DNA from: Eledone cirrhosa
Taxonomy: Eukaryota
NCBI GenBank assembly: GCA_964016885.1
Contig: OZ024751.1
Span: 53,258,001 to 53,322,000 of the forward strand
Direction of reading: 5' to 3'
Length of the DNA: 64,000 bases
Below, in pieces: positions 43,747 through 60,138 of this stretch; the first letter of the stretch is position 1; each line of letters starts with the position of its first letter. A program made the translations under genes and the position numbers. The notes beneath the pieces were generated by a model. It saw only the letters and a program-made list of their open reading frames with translations, did not search any database and had not been told where the DNA came from.

Positions 43747-43971
43747 GTATATATATACGTATATATATATATGTGTGTGTATATATGCGCATATATATGT
43801 AAATATATACGTATATATACGTATATATATGTATATATACGTATATACACACGCACACACACATATATATATATACACACTTATATATATGTTTGTATAT
43901 ATGTATCTATGTACGTATATAAATATATACCTATATATAAATACATACATCTATGTATGTATATGTGTATC

Positions 43972-44022
<51 letters not shown>

Positions 44023-44030
44023 CGTATATA
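43378..44030. repeat. Long interrupted (TA)n microsatellite
   Basis: Directly visible. Confidence 0.95.
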
Positions 44031-46164
44031 TGTGTATACATGTGAGTGTTCTCAGTATATGACAACACAGCTATTTTATTGGAAGCTCTACCGATGTGGT
44101 GGGTGTACAGCTAAAATGGACTACTCACCTATATATATATATGCGTGCGCCTGTCTGTGCACATGCGTGTATGAGTGTGCCTGTGTTCTGTGTCTGTCTG
44201 TCTGTATGTCAGTATGTATGTGGGTGTGTATGCGTATCTGTATGTCAGTAAGTCTGTTGGTGTATATACCTGTTTGTGTGTGTCTGTGTGTATGTGTGCT
44301 TGAAAGAAGGTAATTCACTCGAGGGCAATGAATACTTTTTAAAAAATAGACTTTAATACATTCTTTAGTTGATGTTGTTGCTGCTGTAAATAGTATATTG
44401 ATGATATATTCTAGTTAGTGACAAGTTATTATTTAACCGAATCTCAGCCCATTTCCTACAATATACCATCACATTCTCACATTCTCATATTCTGATGTTC
44501 TATCATTCTATAGAATTGGAACATCGGAACATTGTACACTAAATGTTGCCAATAATATGACACGCAACTCACTTCATCTCTCTTTTTCTCTCTTTCTCCC
44601 GCTCCCTTTCTCCATCATTCATTCATTCTCTCCCTCCTTTAACTATCCTTCTTTCTTCATTCCTCACACCAATGAACGACTTTTCTCCAGTGTTTACATT
44701 CAATGAATTACTCTCAAACACACGCACATGCACATACACATGCACTTACACAAACATATAGGTATACATACACACTTGTGCACACACTCTCTCACACACA
44801 CGTACGCTACCCCCCCTCTCTCTCTCTCTCTCTCTCTCGCTCTATCTCTCTCTGACACACACATACGTGCACGCAAGTGTACCCTTTCAGTAGTAGTTTC
44901 AAACTGAAAACACTAAAACAAGATTTGAAGACAAATTTCAAATGTCATTCCTCCCTACTTCTAGACATTCATAAGCTGTACTCGTTTGTCTAGTGACTTA
45001 CATTTCAGATTGTGTTGAAACGGAAGCAATTACATGGCAGTAGAACCCTTTTAGCCATATAATAAAAACAAAAACAACAGTGGAATTATATTAGTGACCA
45101 ACCAGACCACTAAATTCATAATTTTAAATCCCGCTAACCATGAATTTTTTTCTAAACGATAAATACTTTAAACTTTTTATGCGGACCACCAAAATTTTCT
45201 CTCGGACCACTAGTGGTCCGTACGCTGAACCGGAGCACAGACGTGTGACAAACGGAAAATAAATACATAGCATTTTTTGTCTATTTAGATAGAGTCGTTT
45301 TGTAGTTAGAGAGTTAGGCTTCCGATCATAATGCCAGGTGTTTCAAACAAATCGAAGATTATAGATAAGGAATATAAGTGAAAATTCACAGCAGTGTATA
45401 TAAAGAATCTCTCTTTCCTTTAATCCAACAAAATAAATATTTCTGTCACATCAAAGAAATTAAAGTTTTATTAAATAATACAGGCATCGATTAGTCACGA
45501 CAATTTTATCAAGTAATAATTGATTCATAAAAAAAAGAATTCTACTTCCATATATTTACGAGCAATTACATACACACACATGAATACACATACCCACCCT
45601 ATACACACACACATTTATATATAGAGAGACATACATACATACATATATACATACATTCTGACTAGCTAGTGTTCTCATTCAGAATCTTGGGAGCTTAAGA
45701 AGAAATATCGTTTATGTTTTGGTAGAAGAAGAATTAGAAGATTCGTCATACCAAAGATATGTTACACGGTTCCGTAAAGTTAGAGGCCTGGCAGCCATTA
45801 TTGAATGTGACATTGGGATGTGAACTAAATACTTATTCTTTTAAAACACTTACTGACTCATTGGTTACTTGTGTTTCTATTATTGTTATTGTTGTTGGTG
45901 TTTGTGTTTTTGTTGCTGTTGGTTTGTGTTCTTTATAACACACGCGTGAATAAAAATAAAACAAAAAAGTAAAACATGTAAAAAAGCAACCACAACAACC
46001 ACAATAGCAACATCCGTAAAAACCACAATAAAAACAACAAAAACAACGGAAGCAGTAGCAACAATAACAACAACAACAAAACTAAACATCGAATATTGAC
46101 AGCCCTAAAATACATCCGTAAATTTATTTGTAAAATTGACCACAGAAAATATATAACTATATAG

Positions 46165-46212
<48 letters not shown>

Positions 46213-46412
46213 GTATATATATATATATACACACATACATATATATATGTATGTATGTGTATATGTATATGTGTGTATGTGCGGGAAGCTTGAGAAAGAG
46301 AAGTACTTTGTGGTTCTTTTCAGTGTTTATAATTTCACTCTCAAAAATGGATTAGAAAACACCACCACTACCATCGCCACCATCACCATCACCACTACCA
46401 CCACTACCACCT

Positions 46413-46446
<34 letters not shown>

Positions 46447-47092
46447 AAATAATAATAATAACAATGATAACAATGAATACAATAATAATTCCTATCTTTA
46501 AAACGGTGATTCGACAATGACGTAACACACACACCCACACCCATACACACACGCATACACACGCACATCCATCCACATACACACACACATCCACATCCAC
46601 CCACACATACATACACATATACATACATTCGGGAAAGTTTGACATAAAGAAATCTATGAAAATGCCAGAAAGCCGACCATTGAATAACATCAGTATGGTT
46701 TCAGTAAGTTTATATTATTAAAGTTTTATATCTTCTATGTGATATATTCCATAATTTTATTATAACTGTGAGAAACTCTACGAAGGAATTTCAGTTGAAA
46801 GATAAGGACGAAAAAGAAACAAAAATATACAAGTTCAAAAATAGATAAAAATTTCATAACTGGTTTTTCGAGTATAATTATATAACTGTTACTGCCACGA
46901 AAATGAGGAGAGGGGCTGGTTCTACTGTCAGCATGAGTCTGTATGTTTGAACTGTGTTCGTTTATCTTGGAGGCGGCATTTGTCTTTGGTGGTAAATATT
47001 ACAATGGATTTGTGGGGTTCTCGATCGATCGTCCATTTTGGGGGAATGTTCTTTTATACAAGGACCGTTCCCCATATATATTACGTATACTG

Positions 47093-47157
<65 letters not shown>

Positions 47158-47278
47158 TCTTCATAGGAGCCTTTATTCGTATAGCCTGGTCTAATTGATT
47201 TTTTATGTGGTTAATTATGCTAATTGGGAGAGGAAATAGTGTATATATTTTATCAAATGATTCTATGGACATAATTTA

Positions 47279-47372
<94 letters not shown>

Positions 47373-47454
47373 AATATTTGCTCTACGGTTCTTATATATT
47401 TTAGTCTTCAAATTTATTATTATTACTATATATATATATATATATACATATATA

Positions 47455-47684
47455 TATCACATAAGAAACGGAGAATCAGTGGTGCGATGAATTAAAATTT
47501 ATTAGACATATTACAATCGTTTCTCTGGCGACCAGCTCGAGGCACGATCGATGCAGTGATCGAACCTGACTCTGAAATCGCAAGATCCGTTTCTTATGTG
47601 ATATTATACTACTCTGCTCTGTAAGAGCATCGAGTGCTCAAACGGCCTACCACATACGGACGCTTTAAGCATCCCACACCAATT
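47455..47684. mobile_element. Fold-back stub of the hammerhead family at 51127-51382
   Basis: 47455-47584 is homologous to 51204-51332; 47587-47683 is the reverse complement of 51127-51221. Confidence 0.75.
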
Positions 47685-47813
47685 ATATATATATATATGA
47701 TTCCAGTTCCTCAGAAGAATAACAACACAACCGGGAGATGGACATATCGATGTATTGACGGAGTAAAACACACTTCAACAACATGTGTACCTGTCTTTCC
47801 CACACCAATTCGG

Positions 47814-47868
47814 ACTGCCTGAAGAGGTCACAGCCAATGATGGCTGTCACCGAAATATATATAGCAGT
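47814..47868 (+). ncRNA. Type-I hammerhead ribozyme
   Basis: actgc CTGAAGA ggt c acagcca atga tggctgt c acc GAAA tatata TA gcagt. Confidence 0.88.
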
Positions 47869-47948
47869 ATATCTATAATTTATAATAAACGAAGCCAAAT
47901 TTTACATATTTGACTTAATTATTTTATATATATATATATATATATATA

Positions 47949-48210
<262 letters not shown>

Positions 48211-48727
48211 TGTGTGTATGTATGTATGGGTGGATGGATGGATATGTACACCCTATTTTTATTCTACTCCACCCCCACTGTATGAAACGTCGCTTCGTGC
48301 TTAAAGTAGCGTTCTTGTAACAGACGGACAAAATATCCAGTACAATCATTATAATATAGATTAGATGTTATGATGTTGTGTGTAGTGATATTCATGCATT
48401 TCCAAATGTCATAAGTGGATGTGAAGTGAAGTAATCGTTGGTGAAGTAAACATATGTCTACTGTAAACCCATTATAATATATTAAGTATATTTTAGTGTC
48501 TTAATCTGCGTTTAAATCGACAGTAAGACTTTCAGTGAATTTAGTCTCATTTGCATTTGATATTTTATCTTTTGCTAGTTTAAATATCAACAACCACCAT
48601 CTTTAATTCTGAAATGAGGCGAAACTCAACATATAATAGAAGAAAAAAACATCTTGTTTAGAACATACGTTGATAGCATTTACACTCTGGAACATTTGTT
48701 GTGTGTGTTTGAGTGAGGGTATGTGTG

Positions 48728-48763
<36 letters not shown>

Positions 48764-49574
48764 TGTGTGAGTATGTCTGTATGAGAGTATGTGCTTGAGT
48801 GTGTATGTGTTAGTGTTTGTGTATGAGTGTGTGTGAGAGTGTGTGAGTGTGTGTATGAGTGTGTGAGAGTGTGTGTGAGTGTGTGTATGTGTTAGTGTTT
48901 GTGTATGAGTGTGTGTAAGAGTGTGTGTGAGTGTGTGAGTGTGAGAGTGTGAGTATGTGTGTTTTATGTGTTAATAACGTCAGTAATTTTATAATAGACA
49001 GCTGTTTTATTTTCCCATAACTCTTGCGTAATAGAATATTCGGTCGAAATGCGATGGCGTGATAAACGGCCATTTTAAACATTAGCGTGAAAGGCGTCCA
49101 AATATTTCTACGCTTACTGCAATGGCTCGACAGATACATCATTTTTTAATAATTATTTTCTCACATTTTTCTCACATTTTTCACTTGCCAATCTTTAAGT
49201 AAAGAGATGATATAATTTATCCTGATTCGGTTTATAACATCGCATACACACACAGGTCCGAATCAGACTATAAACTAAACGGGGGCTGCTGGAAGCATAT
49301 ATATTTCAAGAAATTAAATACTTTGTTTGTCTCTTTGTTTGTTTTTTGGCAGGTTGGAATGATGTATTAGAAATTAATGTAACACTATTTGATGTTTAAA
49401 TAACTATTTGAGAATTAACATAGGCTTGGAATCAAGAAGTTAAATGAATACTTAATCAATAAATAGTATCATTACTTGTATTTATAGAGGGTTGTAGAAA
49501 AGATGCTATCTTGATTGGTGGCTTGATAGAGGCAGAGAAGGAAGGGAGGTGTTGATTTATCTCGTGTTACTGTA

Positions 49575-49830
49575 GACACCACTGAGGTCCCAGTCATGAG
49601 GTCCCAGGTTCGATCCCACCAAATAGAGTCTTGGGCAAGTGTATATACCATAGCCCCGGGTCATGTATGAGAAATTGGGCAAACAGAAACTGTATGGAAG
49701 CCCGTGAAATAGACTGTATCTGTAATTCATTGATCCAGCCTTGTCACAGATTGTGCCATGTTGGTTTCCCCTGCGAATAACATTAAAGATACACGTGTCT
49801 GTGGAATACTCCACCACTAACTCGTTTAGT
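49575..49830 (+). mobile_element. tRNA-derived SINE, degraded; related fragment at ~60275-60405 (-)
   Basis: GGTTCGATCCC B-box, TCTTGGGCAAGTGT, then CCAGCCTTGTCACA...ACACGTGTCTGTGGAAT. Confidence 0.6.
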
Positions 49831-51044
49831 CATGTGATGGCATTGAAGGGTAAGCGTACGGTTAAGAAGCTTGTTTTATAGTCATGACTTCCGGAATTTG
49901 ATCCCAGTCGAAAGAAAGGTTAAGGATGTAACTTCGAGATCAAATATGGCAGCCACGAACAAATGATTACAGTTGAACATACGAGAAAAGGTAATGACAC
50001 ATGAATTATACGTTAAAGTTATTAAACAAATAAAATACAAGAACCTACCAGAAGGTTTTCCATATTCTAGTATGGTTGCACCAAATAAAGTTAATAATAT
50101 TGCTGTAGAGATTGAAACCATGTATATCTTGGAATGTTTTAGTTTCTCTTCTCCCCACAAATATTCTTCTGCAACAAATATTTAATCCACAGATCTGAAA
50201 TGAATAACAGAAATAAATAAATAATAGATACACACACAACCCCCACGCCGCCACACACACACACACGCGCGCATATATATATTCTATATATATTCAACAG
50301 TATTCTAATAAATATTGCCTGTATACATTTCTGAGACGGGTGTAACAGTAAAAATATTATATATATATATTATATACTACCCTAAATATTATAAATACTT
50401 CCTATATATTCAGGGTAGTTATAGAAATATGCATATATACACCCAAATGTGCAACCCTCATCTACAGGCTGATATAGGAGAAAATTACATAGTTTCATAT
50501 CCGTGTCATTCCAAACAGTATTGACAAAGAAGAAGTAAAATCTATTCAACCATAGAGTTATATTTACCGAGTGGCTGAGTTGCTTTTCTGTGACATAATG
50601 TTAGTTATTACACTGGTTATTACATCATATAGTTCGGCCAAATAATATGTGTATACGACACTAGCCAATATTATATTGCATATGATATAGAATATTTGTA
50701 TTTAGCCATGAAAGAAGAAATATTGTTAACGAAGTGAAAGAGAAGAGACATTTATGTTAACGGCTATACATTATCGCACGGTCGTTATTGATGAAACACA
50801 AAAAAGCTTCCAACTGACAACGAATAAAAACCATTTTGCAGATTCTGTTTCCCTCGGTATTAATAACATACTATATAGTCTCAAGTTTCGTTGAGTTGCT
50901 ACTCCAACTTATTCAGCCAGCCATATTGTGATAGTGTCCTTCCGGGGAGATTTTTGATAGTATAGGAGAGACAGGAGAGTTCTAAGGGCAGAGTGTCCTG
51001 AAATTACCCCTGATTAGATAAATAAGTTAAATTGTGCATGTGTG

Positions 51045-51129
<85 letters not shown>

Positions 51130-51252
51130 GGTGTGGGATGCTTAAAGCATCCGTATGCGATAGGCCGTTTGAGCACTCGATGCTTTTACAGAGCAGAGTA
51201 TAATATCACATAAGAAACGGAGAATTAGTGTTGCGACGAATAAAATTTATTA

Positions 51253-51347
51253 GACGTATTACAATCGTTTCTCTGGCGACCAGCTCGAGGCAAGATCGAT
51301 GTAATGATCGGACCTGACTCTGAAATCGCAAGGTCTTCAGATACGTC
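51253..51347 (-). ncRNA. Type-I hammerhead with long stem II
   Basis: Minus strand gacgtat CTGAAGA ccttgcga...tcgccaga GAAAC gatt GTA atacgtc; perfect 7-bp stem I. Confidence 0.8.
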
Positions 51348-51378
51348 TCGATTCTACGAAGCAGAGTCTCCAACTTAT

Positions 51379-51423
<45 letters not shown>

Positions 51424-51426
<3 letters not shown>

Positions 51427-51630
51427 TTAGAGAAGTGGATTCGCAATCGTGAGGTTTTGAGTTCGATTCTCGGACCGGGTGATGCGTTATGTCCTTGAGC
51501 AAGACACTTTATTTCACGTTGCTTCTTCTGCCTGGATTTGCCACCGGTCGACAGTATTAGTAAATGGAAAGACCAATGAAAACATTGTTTCATCGGTCCC
51601 ATTTGACGACGTCTGGGATCTTGTCGAACG
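51424..51630 (+). mobile_element. tRNA-derived CORE-like SINE
   Basis: Homologous to 42630-42820. Confidence 0.8.
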
Positions 51631-52020
51631 ACTGTTGATATATATATATATATATATAATATATATATATATATTGTAAGGGGTAGTAGAGATACCTCCC
51701 CTAGTCTGCCATGGCTTACAATCTCTATACGGACGTTTAAATTGATTAATTAAATAACTAAATAAATTACCACACAACCATGACTGCATTGGGCAGTAAT
51801 TATCGTCCTAGTTATACACTAGTAATACACTGAATAAATATATTTTATTTTATCTTTTATGAACATCACGTAGTTTGTTAAACCAGAATCAAACACTTGT
51901 GTCACAGGATTTAAGACTTTCTATCACATAACAATTCTTACTGTGTATGTATGCGTAAGAGAAGAATGTATGCGTGCATGTATCCAAAGAGAGAGAGAGA
52001 AAGAGAGAGAGGGTGTGTGT

Positions 52021-52087
<67 letters not shown>

Positions 52088-52319
52088 GTGGTGGGAGAGA
52101 ATAGCTGGTGTGTATCTTCACAAATGATTCATTAAGAATTTACACAAAATTTTGTTGTTAAATATTTTTTTATGAGGAACTGAGATCAAATTTAATTCTT
52201 TCTAGACGTTAGTCGACATACACGCAGAACAGAGTAGTTAATTGCCGGATTAACGGGGAAAGAAAACATTTAAAAAATCAAAGCTAATTGTATCATTTTA
52301 CCTTTTTTTTGTTATATAT

Positions 52320-53764
<1,445 letters not shown>

Positions 53765-53779
53765 TATATATATATATAC

Positions 53780-53878
<99 letters not shown>

Positions 53879-53880
53879 CA

Positions 53881-54370
53881 TAATAACTAGAAATTGATTA
53901 ACATATAAATAAGCATGAATAATCACAGGAGATAATTTTTACAAGTGTGTAACCACACATAGCTAGGTAGGTAACTAAATAAAGTTGACCAGAACTTCAA
54001 AAATAGATACCTTATAATATGATTAAACTGTCTCCACTTCTGTGGTTTACCATCCGATTAATTGGTGAAATATATTTCTTTAATGGAATATATACAGGGA
54101 AGATTAATCATATTATAAGGTATCTATTTTTGAAGTTCTGGTCAACTTTATTTAGTTACCTACCTAGCTATGTGTGGTTACACACTTGTAAAAATTATCT
54201 CCTGTGATTATTCATGTTTATTTATATGTTAATCAATTTCTAGTTATTATAAAATGCTCGGACCTACTCGTTAGAATCTTAGAGCTTATTTTGCGGGTGA
54301 TATGGCGCATGTCTTTCTGGCATGACGCCCATAATTTTGATTTAGATTAAATTCATTTGATTTATCTTAA
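53881..54370. mobile_element. Fold-back TA-inserted element
   Basis: 53881-54027 is the reverse complement of 54104-54250. Confidence 0.7.
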
Positions 54371-54431
54371 TTTTGGATATAGATATATATATACATATGT
54401 ATGTGTATATATATATATATATGTATGTAAG

Positions 54432-54475
<44 letters not shown>

Positions 54476-54629
54476 CACTTACATACATATATATATATAC
54501 ATATATATACATACATACACACACACACAAACACAAACAAACATACACACACACACATACATACATATATATATATATAACAAAAAAAGATAAAATAACA
54601 CACACATACACATACACACATATATATAT

Positions 54630-57080
54630 ATCATCATCATCATCATCATCATTTTACGTCCGCTTTTCCCTGCTTGCAAGGGTGGGGCGGGTCTTATTCA
54701 GCACAACTTCTCTCCACTTGTCACGGTCCTTCGTCATCTCCACCGTGAGCTTCAGCGATCTGGGGTCTGTTCTCATCACCTCCGCCCATGTTTTTCGTGG
54801 TCTACCTCTACCACGTCTGCCTTCAACTGGCATTTCCTGGCACTTCTTCACCCATCGGTCATCCTCCATGCACATCACATGTCCATACCACCTCAGTCTC
54901 CTCTCTCGCACACTACATTCTATCCCTCTCAGACACAGTTTCTCTCTCAACACATTCATGCTGGGTCGTTCACGCACATTGACATTGCACATCCAACGGA
55001 GCATGCTTGCCTCATTTCTCTCCAGCCGTCGCATATCCTCTGCAGTTGCTGCCCATGTCTCACTACCATGCAGCATCGCGCTCCTCACATAGGCATCATA
55101 TAACCGGCTTTTCGAACGCAGGGAGAAACCCTTCTTCGTCAGCAGAGGAAGCAGCTCCCTAAATTTCTTCCAACCCGTCCGCATGTTAATCTGACCTCCT
55201 AGGTACCGGAAGCTATCCACCACTTCTACAGCACCCGCCTGCATTTGAAAAATGTGTCTATCAATGCGACTTCTACTGTCTAATTTCCCTGTACATTTAC
55301 TGCATACATATTTCTCCCTACCTGTTAGTTTGCTTGCTATCCCACTACATCTCTTGTGTACCCAGGATCTGCATTGTGTGCATTTTATAGAATTGGCCAT
55401 TTCCCTGACGGAATCAGAGTTTTGTCCTCTTTTCTACTCATCAACACTTTTGTCTTAGCTAGGTTCACTCTCAGTCCTCTTGCTTCCAACTGCTGTTTCT
55501 ATAGCCAGAATTTATTCTCTAGTTCCTCTACTGATTCTGCTATAAGAACCAGATCGTCAGCATAATGAAGTTCCCATGGATAGCCAGTCTTAAACTCCTC
55601 TGTTATGGCTTGGAAGACTATAATGAACAAGAATGGGCTGAGGACCGAACCTTGATGTACTCCTACTTGTATCTGGAATTCCTCACTAAACTCCATTCCT
55701 CCCCTGACTTTACTGACAGCACCTCTGTACAAAGTTTGCACTGTCCTCACGAGCCATTCCTCAACACCTAGTTTCCTTAGGGCCCACCAGATGACAGATC
55801 TGGGTACCCTATCAAAGGCCTTCTCTAGGTTAACAAAGGCTAAGTATAGTGGCTTATTCTTCTCTAAGAACCTCTCTTGCAATTGTCTCACCAAGAAGAG
55901 GGCATCTGTTGTACTCTTCCCAGGCACAAAACCAAACTGCATCTCATCTAGTTTGACCCTTTCTCTAATTAGTTGTGCTAAAATCCTTTCTGCCACTTTC
56001 ATAACCTGATCTATCAGTTTTATACCCCTATAATTGCTCCTCTCCAGAGCATCCTCTTTACCTTTGTAGCAATTTATGAGAATACTGCTGCACCAGTCTT
56101 TGGGTATGACACCACCATATATAGCTTGATTGATGATGCGTGCAACCAGTTTAGTGCCTACGTCCCCTGATGCCTTCAGCATCTCAGCAACTATTCCCCA
56201 TAGTCCGGCAGCCTTACCATTTTTCATTTCCCTAATCGCCTCTTGGACCCTATATTCGTCAATCTCAATAGCTGGTCCCTCTGTCGGATCTGCTGAGGGT
56301 AATTTCTCTCTCTCCCATTCGTTCTCCACATTCATCAGTCTCTCATAATGACATTTCCAGGCCTCCTTTTTCTGATCATTCGTGACAGTAAGTACACCGG
56401 TATCATTCCGGACACATTTATCTCCAACAACATCCTGATTTGCATTGACACACTGCCTTGCAATGTGGAACACTGCACGCCTCTGATCTTCCCGTCGCAG
56501 AACATTGGCAAACCTCCTACTCTCAGCCTCCCTGTGTGCTAAATACACCTGACGTCTAGCTTCCCTGCCACCCTTTTTCCAAGCCTTCCATGCTAGTCTT
56601 TTGTCTCTAATGGCCTTATCTACTGTGATGTTCCACCACCAGGTTCCTCTCTGTGTGGTTGGAGCTCTTCTCCAGCCACAAGTTTCATCAGTAGCCTGCA
56701 GTAAGTTGTCACGTAAGAAATTGCAGTTATTATCTATGTCATACGTCTCTAAATCGTCTTCTTTTTCGTCATACACATCTTGAAGTGTTTTCCTAAATTT
56801 GTATTTTAGTGAAAGGTCTTTTAGCTTCCAGACCTTTCTTCTCCACACCTTCCTGTATGTCTCATTCCATCTCTTGCTTACTGAGATATCACTAACGACT
56901 AACCTATGCTGTGGGGTACATTCTTCCCCAGGGTATGCCTTGGTATTTGACACCATCTGCCTGTCCTGCTGCCTAACTAGTAAGAAGTCAATCTGGATTA
57001 TGTGCTCGCCTGATTTGTAGGTTATTAGGTGGTTGGCAGGTTTCTGGAAGTTAGTGTTGCAAATAGTCAGTGTACTTGCA
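54630..57080 (-). mobile_element. 5'-truncated RTE-clade LINE with (TGA)n tail, degenerate
   Basis: APE C-terminus (ITYKSG..QIDFLL, HRLV), RT (NYRGIKL, QFGF, EKAFDRV, GVHQGSVLSP, YADD), FRYLG, RLRWYGHV, GRRGRGRPRKTW; (CAT)n at 54630-54652. Confidence 0.92.
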
Positions 57081-57302
57081 TATATATATATATATATATA
57101 TATATCCATATCCGCATATCCAGGAATAGCAGTTTCACTAACAGTCAATTAAATGCTTTAGGTCATAATCTACATTGATTCACATCAAACGAACTTGTCA
57201 CTATAGTAAGAAGTGGCAGCACTGGGAACTTGATGTATGTGTAGATCAGACTAACAGCTGGGACACCTTGCAGAATTTGTTCCAGCTATTAGTCTCTGAA
57301 TT

Positions 57303-57618
57303 CAAATTGTTCAGTTTTAATTTCAAAGTTTCTCACGCCTGTCTCGAGCCGAGCAAAGAGAAGTGAAATAATTTTAACTTTTTCATGATGATTGGAGGCG
57401 TTTGATTGGCAGAATCGTCGAAAAAAATGTCTGGCGGTATTTGCTCCATTTCATTAATCTCTGAATTTAAATCATGCCGAGATAAAGTAAGGCATTTCAA
57501 TTCAGAACAAATACGGCCAGGCATTTTGTTCGACGATTGTGCCAATCAAACGCCTCCTATGATCATCTCGGCTCGAGACAGGCGTGAGAAACTTTGAAAT
57601 TAAAACTGAACAATTGAA
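57303..57618. mobile_element. Palindromic MITE / fold-back (~315 bp)
   Basis: 57305-57353 is inverted at 57567-57615, and 57384-57447 at 57506-57566. Confidence 0.75.
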
Positions 57619-57728
57619 GGTGCCACAAATCTCTTGTGTCATTGTGAACAACACACTTTCATATGCCAACACTCACACACGCGCACGCCCACACGTATGC
57701 AGGTAAGCACGCATGTGTATATATATAT

Positions 57729-58315
57729 ATATTGTTATACTTTGGGAGGGTCATGTTGCCAATAAGAAACACACGCACCAGTTGCTTTCACTTCAATTTA
57801 TTATAATAAATTTATAATAAATTTATAAATTTATAAATTTCTGATTGGTTGGTTGGTTCCACAACCAGATAGTTGTTTATATATTGTCATAGTTCTTTCG
57901 TCACACACTCTGTGACCTCTTCAGTGACTCGGGATTCCTTTCTTTGTTTCTGTGCCTCTCCTTTGTTCTCTCCTACGCCATTTTGTTTCTCTGTAGGGCG
58001 TAGGACAGAACAAAGGAGAGGCACAGAAACAAAGAAAGGAATCCCCAGTCACTGAAGAGGTCACAAAGTGTGTGACGAAAGAACTATGACAATATATAAA
58101 CAACTATCTGGTTGTGGAACCAACCAACCAACCAGAAATTTATAAATTTATAAATTTATAAATTTATTATAAATTTATTATAATAAATTGAAGTGAAAGA
58201 AACTGGTGCGTGTGTTTCTTATTGGCAACATGACCCGCCCAAAGTATAACAATATCGGTTTCAACATACGATTTCAGATAAAGAATCTTGCTAAACAAAT
58301 TCAGAAACGAAATAT
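57729..58315. mobile_element. Penelope family C head-to-head pLTR pair with two hammerheads (57886-57928 -, 58048-58090 +)
   Basis: Near-perfect inversion centred at ~57985; gtca CTGAAGA g gtcac..gtgac GAAA gaac TA tgac. Confidence 0.85.
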
Positions 58316-58339
58316 ATATATATATATACGTGTGTGTGT

Positions 58340-58497
58340 GTCCCAGTTTCAATCGGGGGTAACCACAGTAAGTAAGGTACTCAATACATAGCGGAGTATA
58401 AATATTTAATATAGAAATGGCTTCTACAGGACTAGAACTGTTTCATTCGAAGGAAATCATCAAGAAATGAAACAGCTCTAGTCCTGTAGAAGCCATT

Positions 58498-58505
<8 letters not shown>
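58340..58505. mobile_element. Fold-back stub, family of 21850
   Basis: ATAGAAATGGCTTCTACAGGACTAGAACTGTTTCATT is inverted at 58466-58503. Confidence 0.7.
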
Positions 58506-58539
<34 letters not shown>

Positions 58540-58543
<4 letters not shown>

Positions 58544-58946
58544 CTGAATTTGTTTAGCAAGATTCTTTATCTGAAAACGTGTGTTGAAACCAAACCGATA
58601 TTGTTATACTTTGGGAGGGTCATGTTGCCAATAAGAAACACACGCACCAGTTGTTTCACTTCAATTTATTATAATAAATTTATAAATTTAGGAATTTATA
58701 AATTTCCGGTTGGTTGGTTGGTTCCACAACCAGATGGTCGTTTATATATTGTCAAAGTTCTTTCGTCACACATTCTGTGACCTCTTCAGTGACTGGGGGT
58801 TCTTTTCTTTGTTTTTTGTGCCTCTCCTTTGTTCTGTCCTACGCCATCTTTATAAATTCCTAAATTTATAAATTTATTATAATAAATTGAAGTGAAAGCA
58901 ACTGGTGCGTGTGTTTCTTATTGGCAACATGACCCTCCCAAAGTAT

Positions 58947-58955
<9 letters not shown>
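58540..58955. mobile_element. Penelope family C fold-back with hammerhead at 58751-58793 (-)
   Basis: 58598-58701 is inverted at 58850-58954; termini ACCCTCCCAAAGTATAACAAT. Confidence 0.8.
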
Positions 58956-58990
<35 letters not shown>

Positions 58991-59110
58991 AAGGTATATA
59001 TTGAGTTAGAAACTCAAAATAGTTTGATATATGACCGTAGAGGTATATATGATTTGATATATGACATACCTCTACGGTCTTGATATAGGTATGTCATATA
59101 TCAAATAATA

Positions 59111-59174
59111 TATTTTATCTGACGAGGACGTACTGAAAAAACAACACAGTACCTTCGAAATATATATAATAAAG
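59111..59174 (+). ncRNA. Type-I hammerhead ribozyme
   Basis: tattttat CTGACGA g gac gtactg aaaaaacaaca cagtac cttc GAAA tatata TA ataaag. Confidence 0.8.
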
Positions 59175-59316
59175 CATATATTTTGATTATGTGAATATCT
59201 TCATTTGTTAATATTTTGAATAATATTAAAAACTCAAGGAAAACTTTTTTTGTTGAGTGCCTTTGATCTATTGTAAAACTGTATTCATTGAGTAATCAAT
59301 GAACCATATTAATCTT

Positions 59317-59372
<56 letters not shown>

Positions 59373-59389
59373 TTACAACAGTGACATAA

Positions 59390-59439
59390 ACAGGTGCTGA
59401 AGTTTCGTTGGGTTCTGGGTTCCAACTCATTCAGCCTGT
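59390..59439 (-). ncRNA. Variant hammerhead (CUGAAUGA core); mutated inverted copy at 59473-59522 (+)
   Basis: Minus strand acagg CTGAATGA gttgg aacccagaac ccaac GAAAC ttca GCA cctgt; stems I and II are perfect, but the cleavage triplet is GCA. Confidence 0.55.
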
Positions 59440-59697
59440 CATGAGAAAAATAAAAACATTTTGTTTTTCATGACAGGCTGAATGAGTTGGGGCCCAGAAC
59501 CCGACGGAACTTGAACACCTGTTTATATCACTGTAGTAATTAATTATACTAAACTCGTCCTATGGACTGAGTGCTCTTACTCTTGGATATTTCCACTTAA
59601 CTTTTACTTCAGTATATATATATATTATATATATATATATTATATATATATATATATTATATATATATATATTATATATATATATATATTATATATA

Positions 59698-60138
<441 letters not shown>

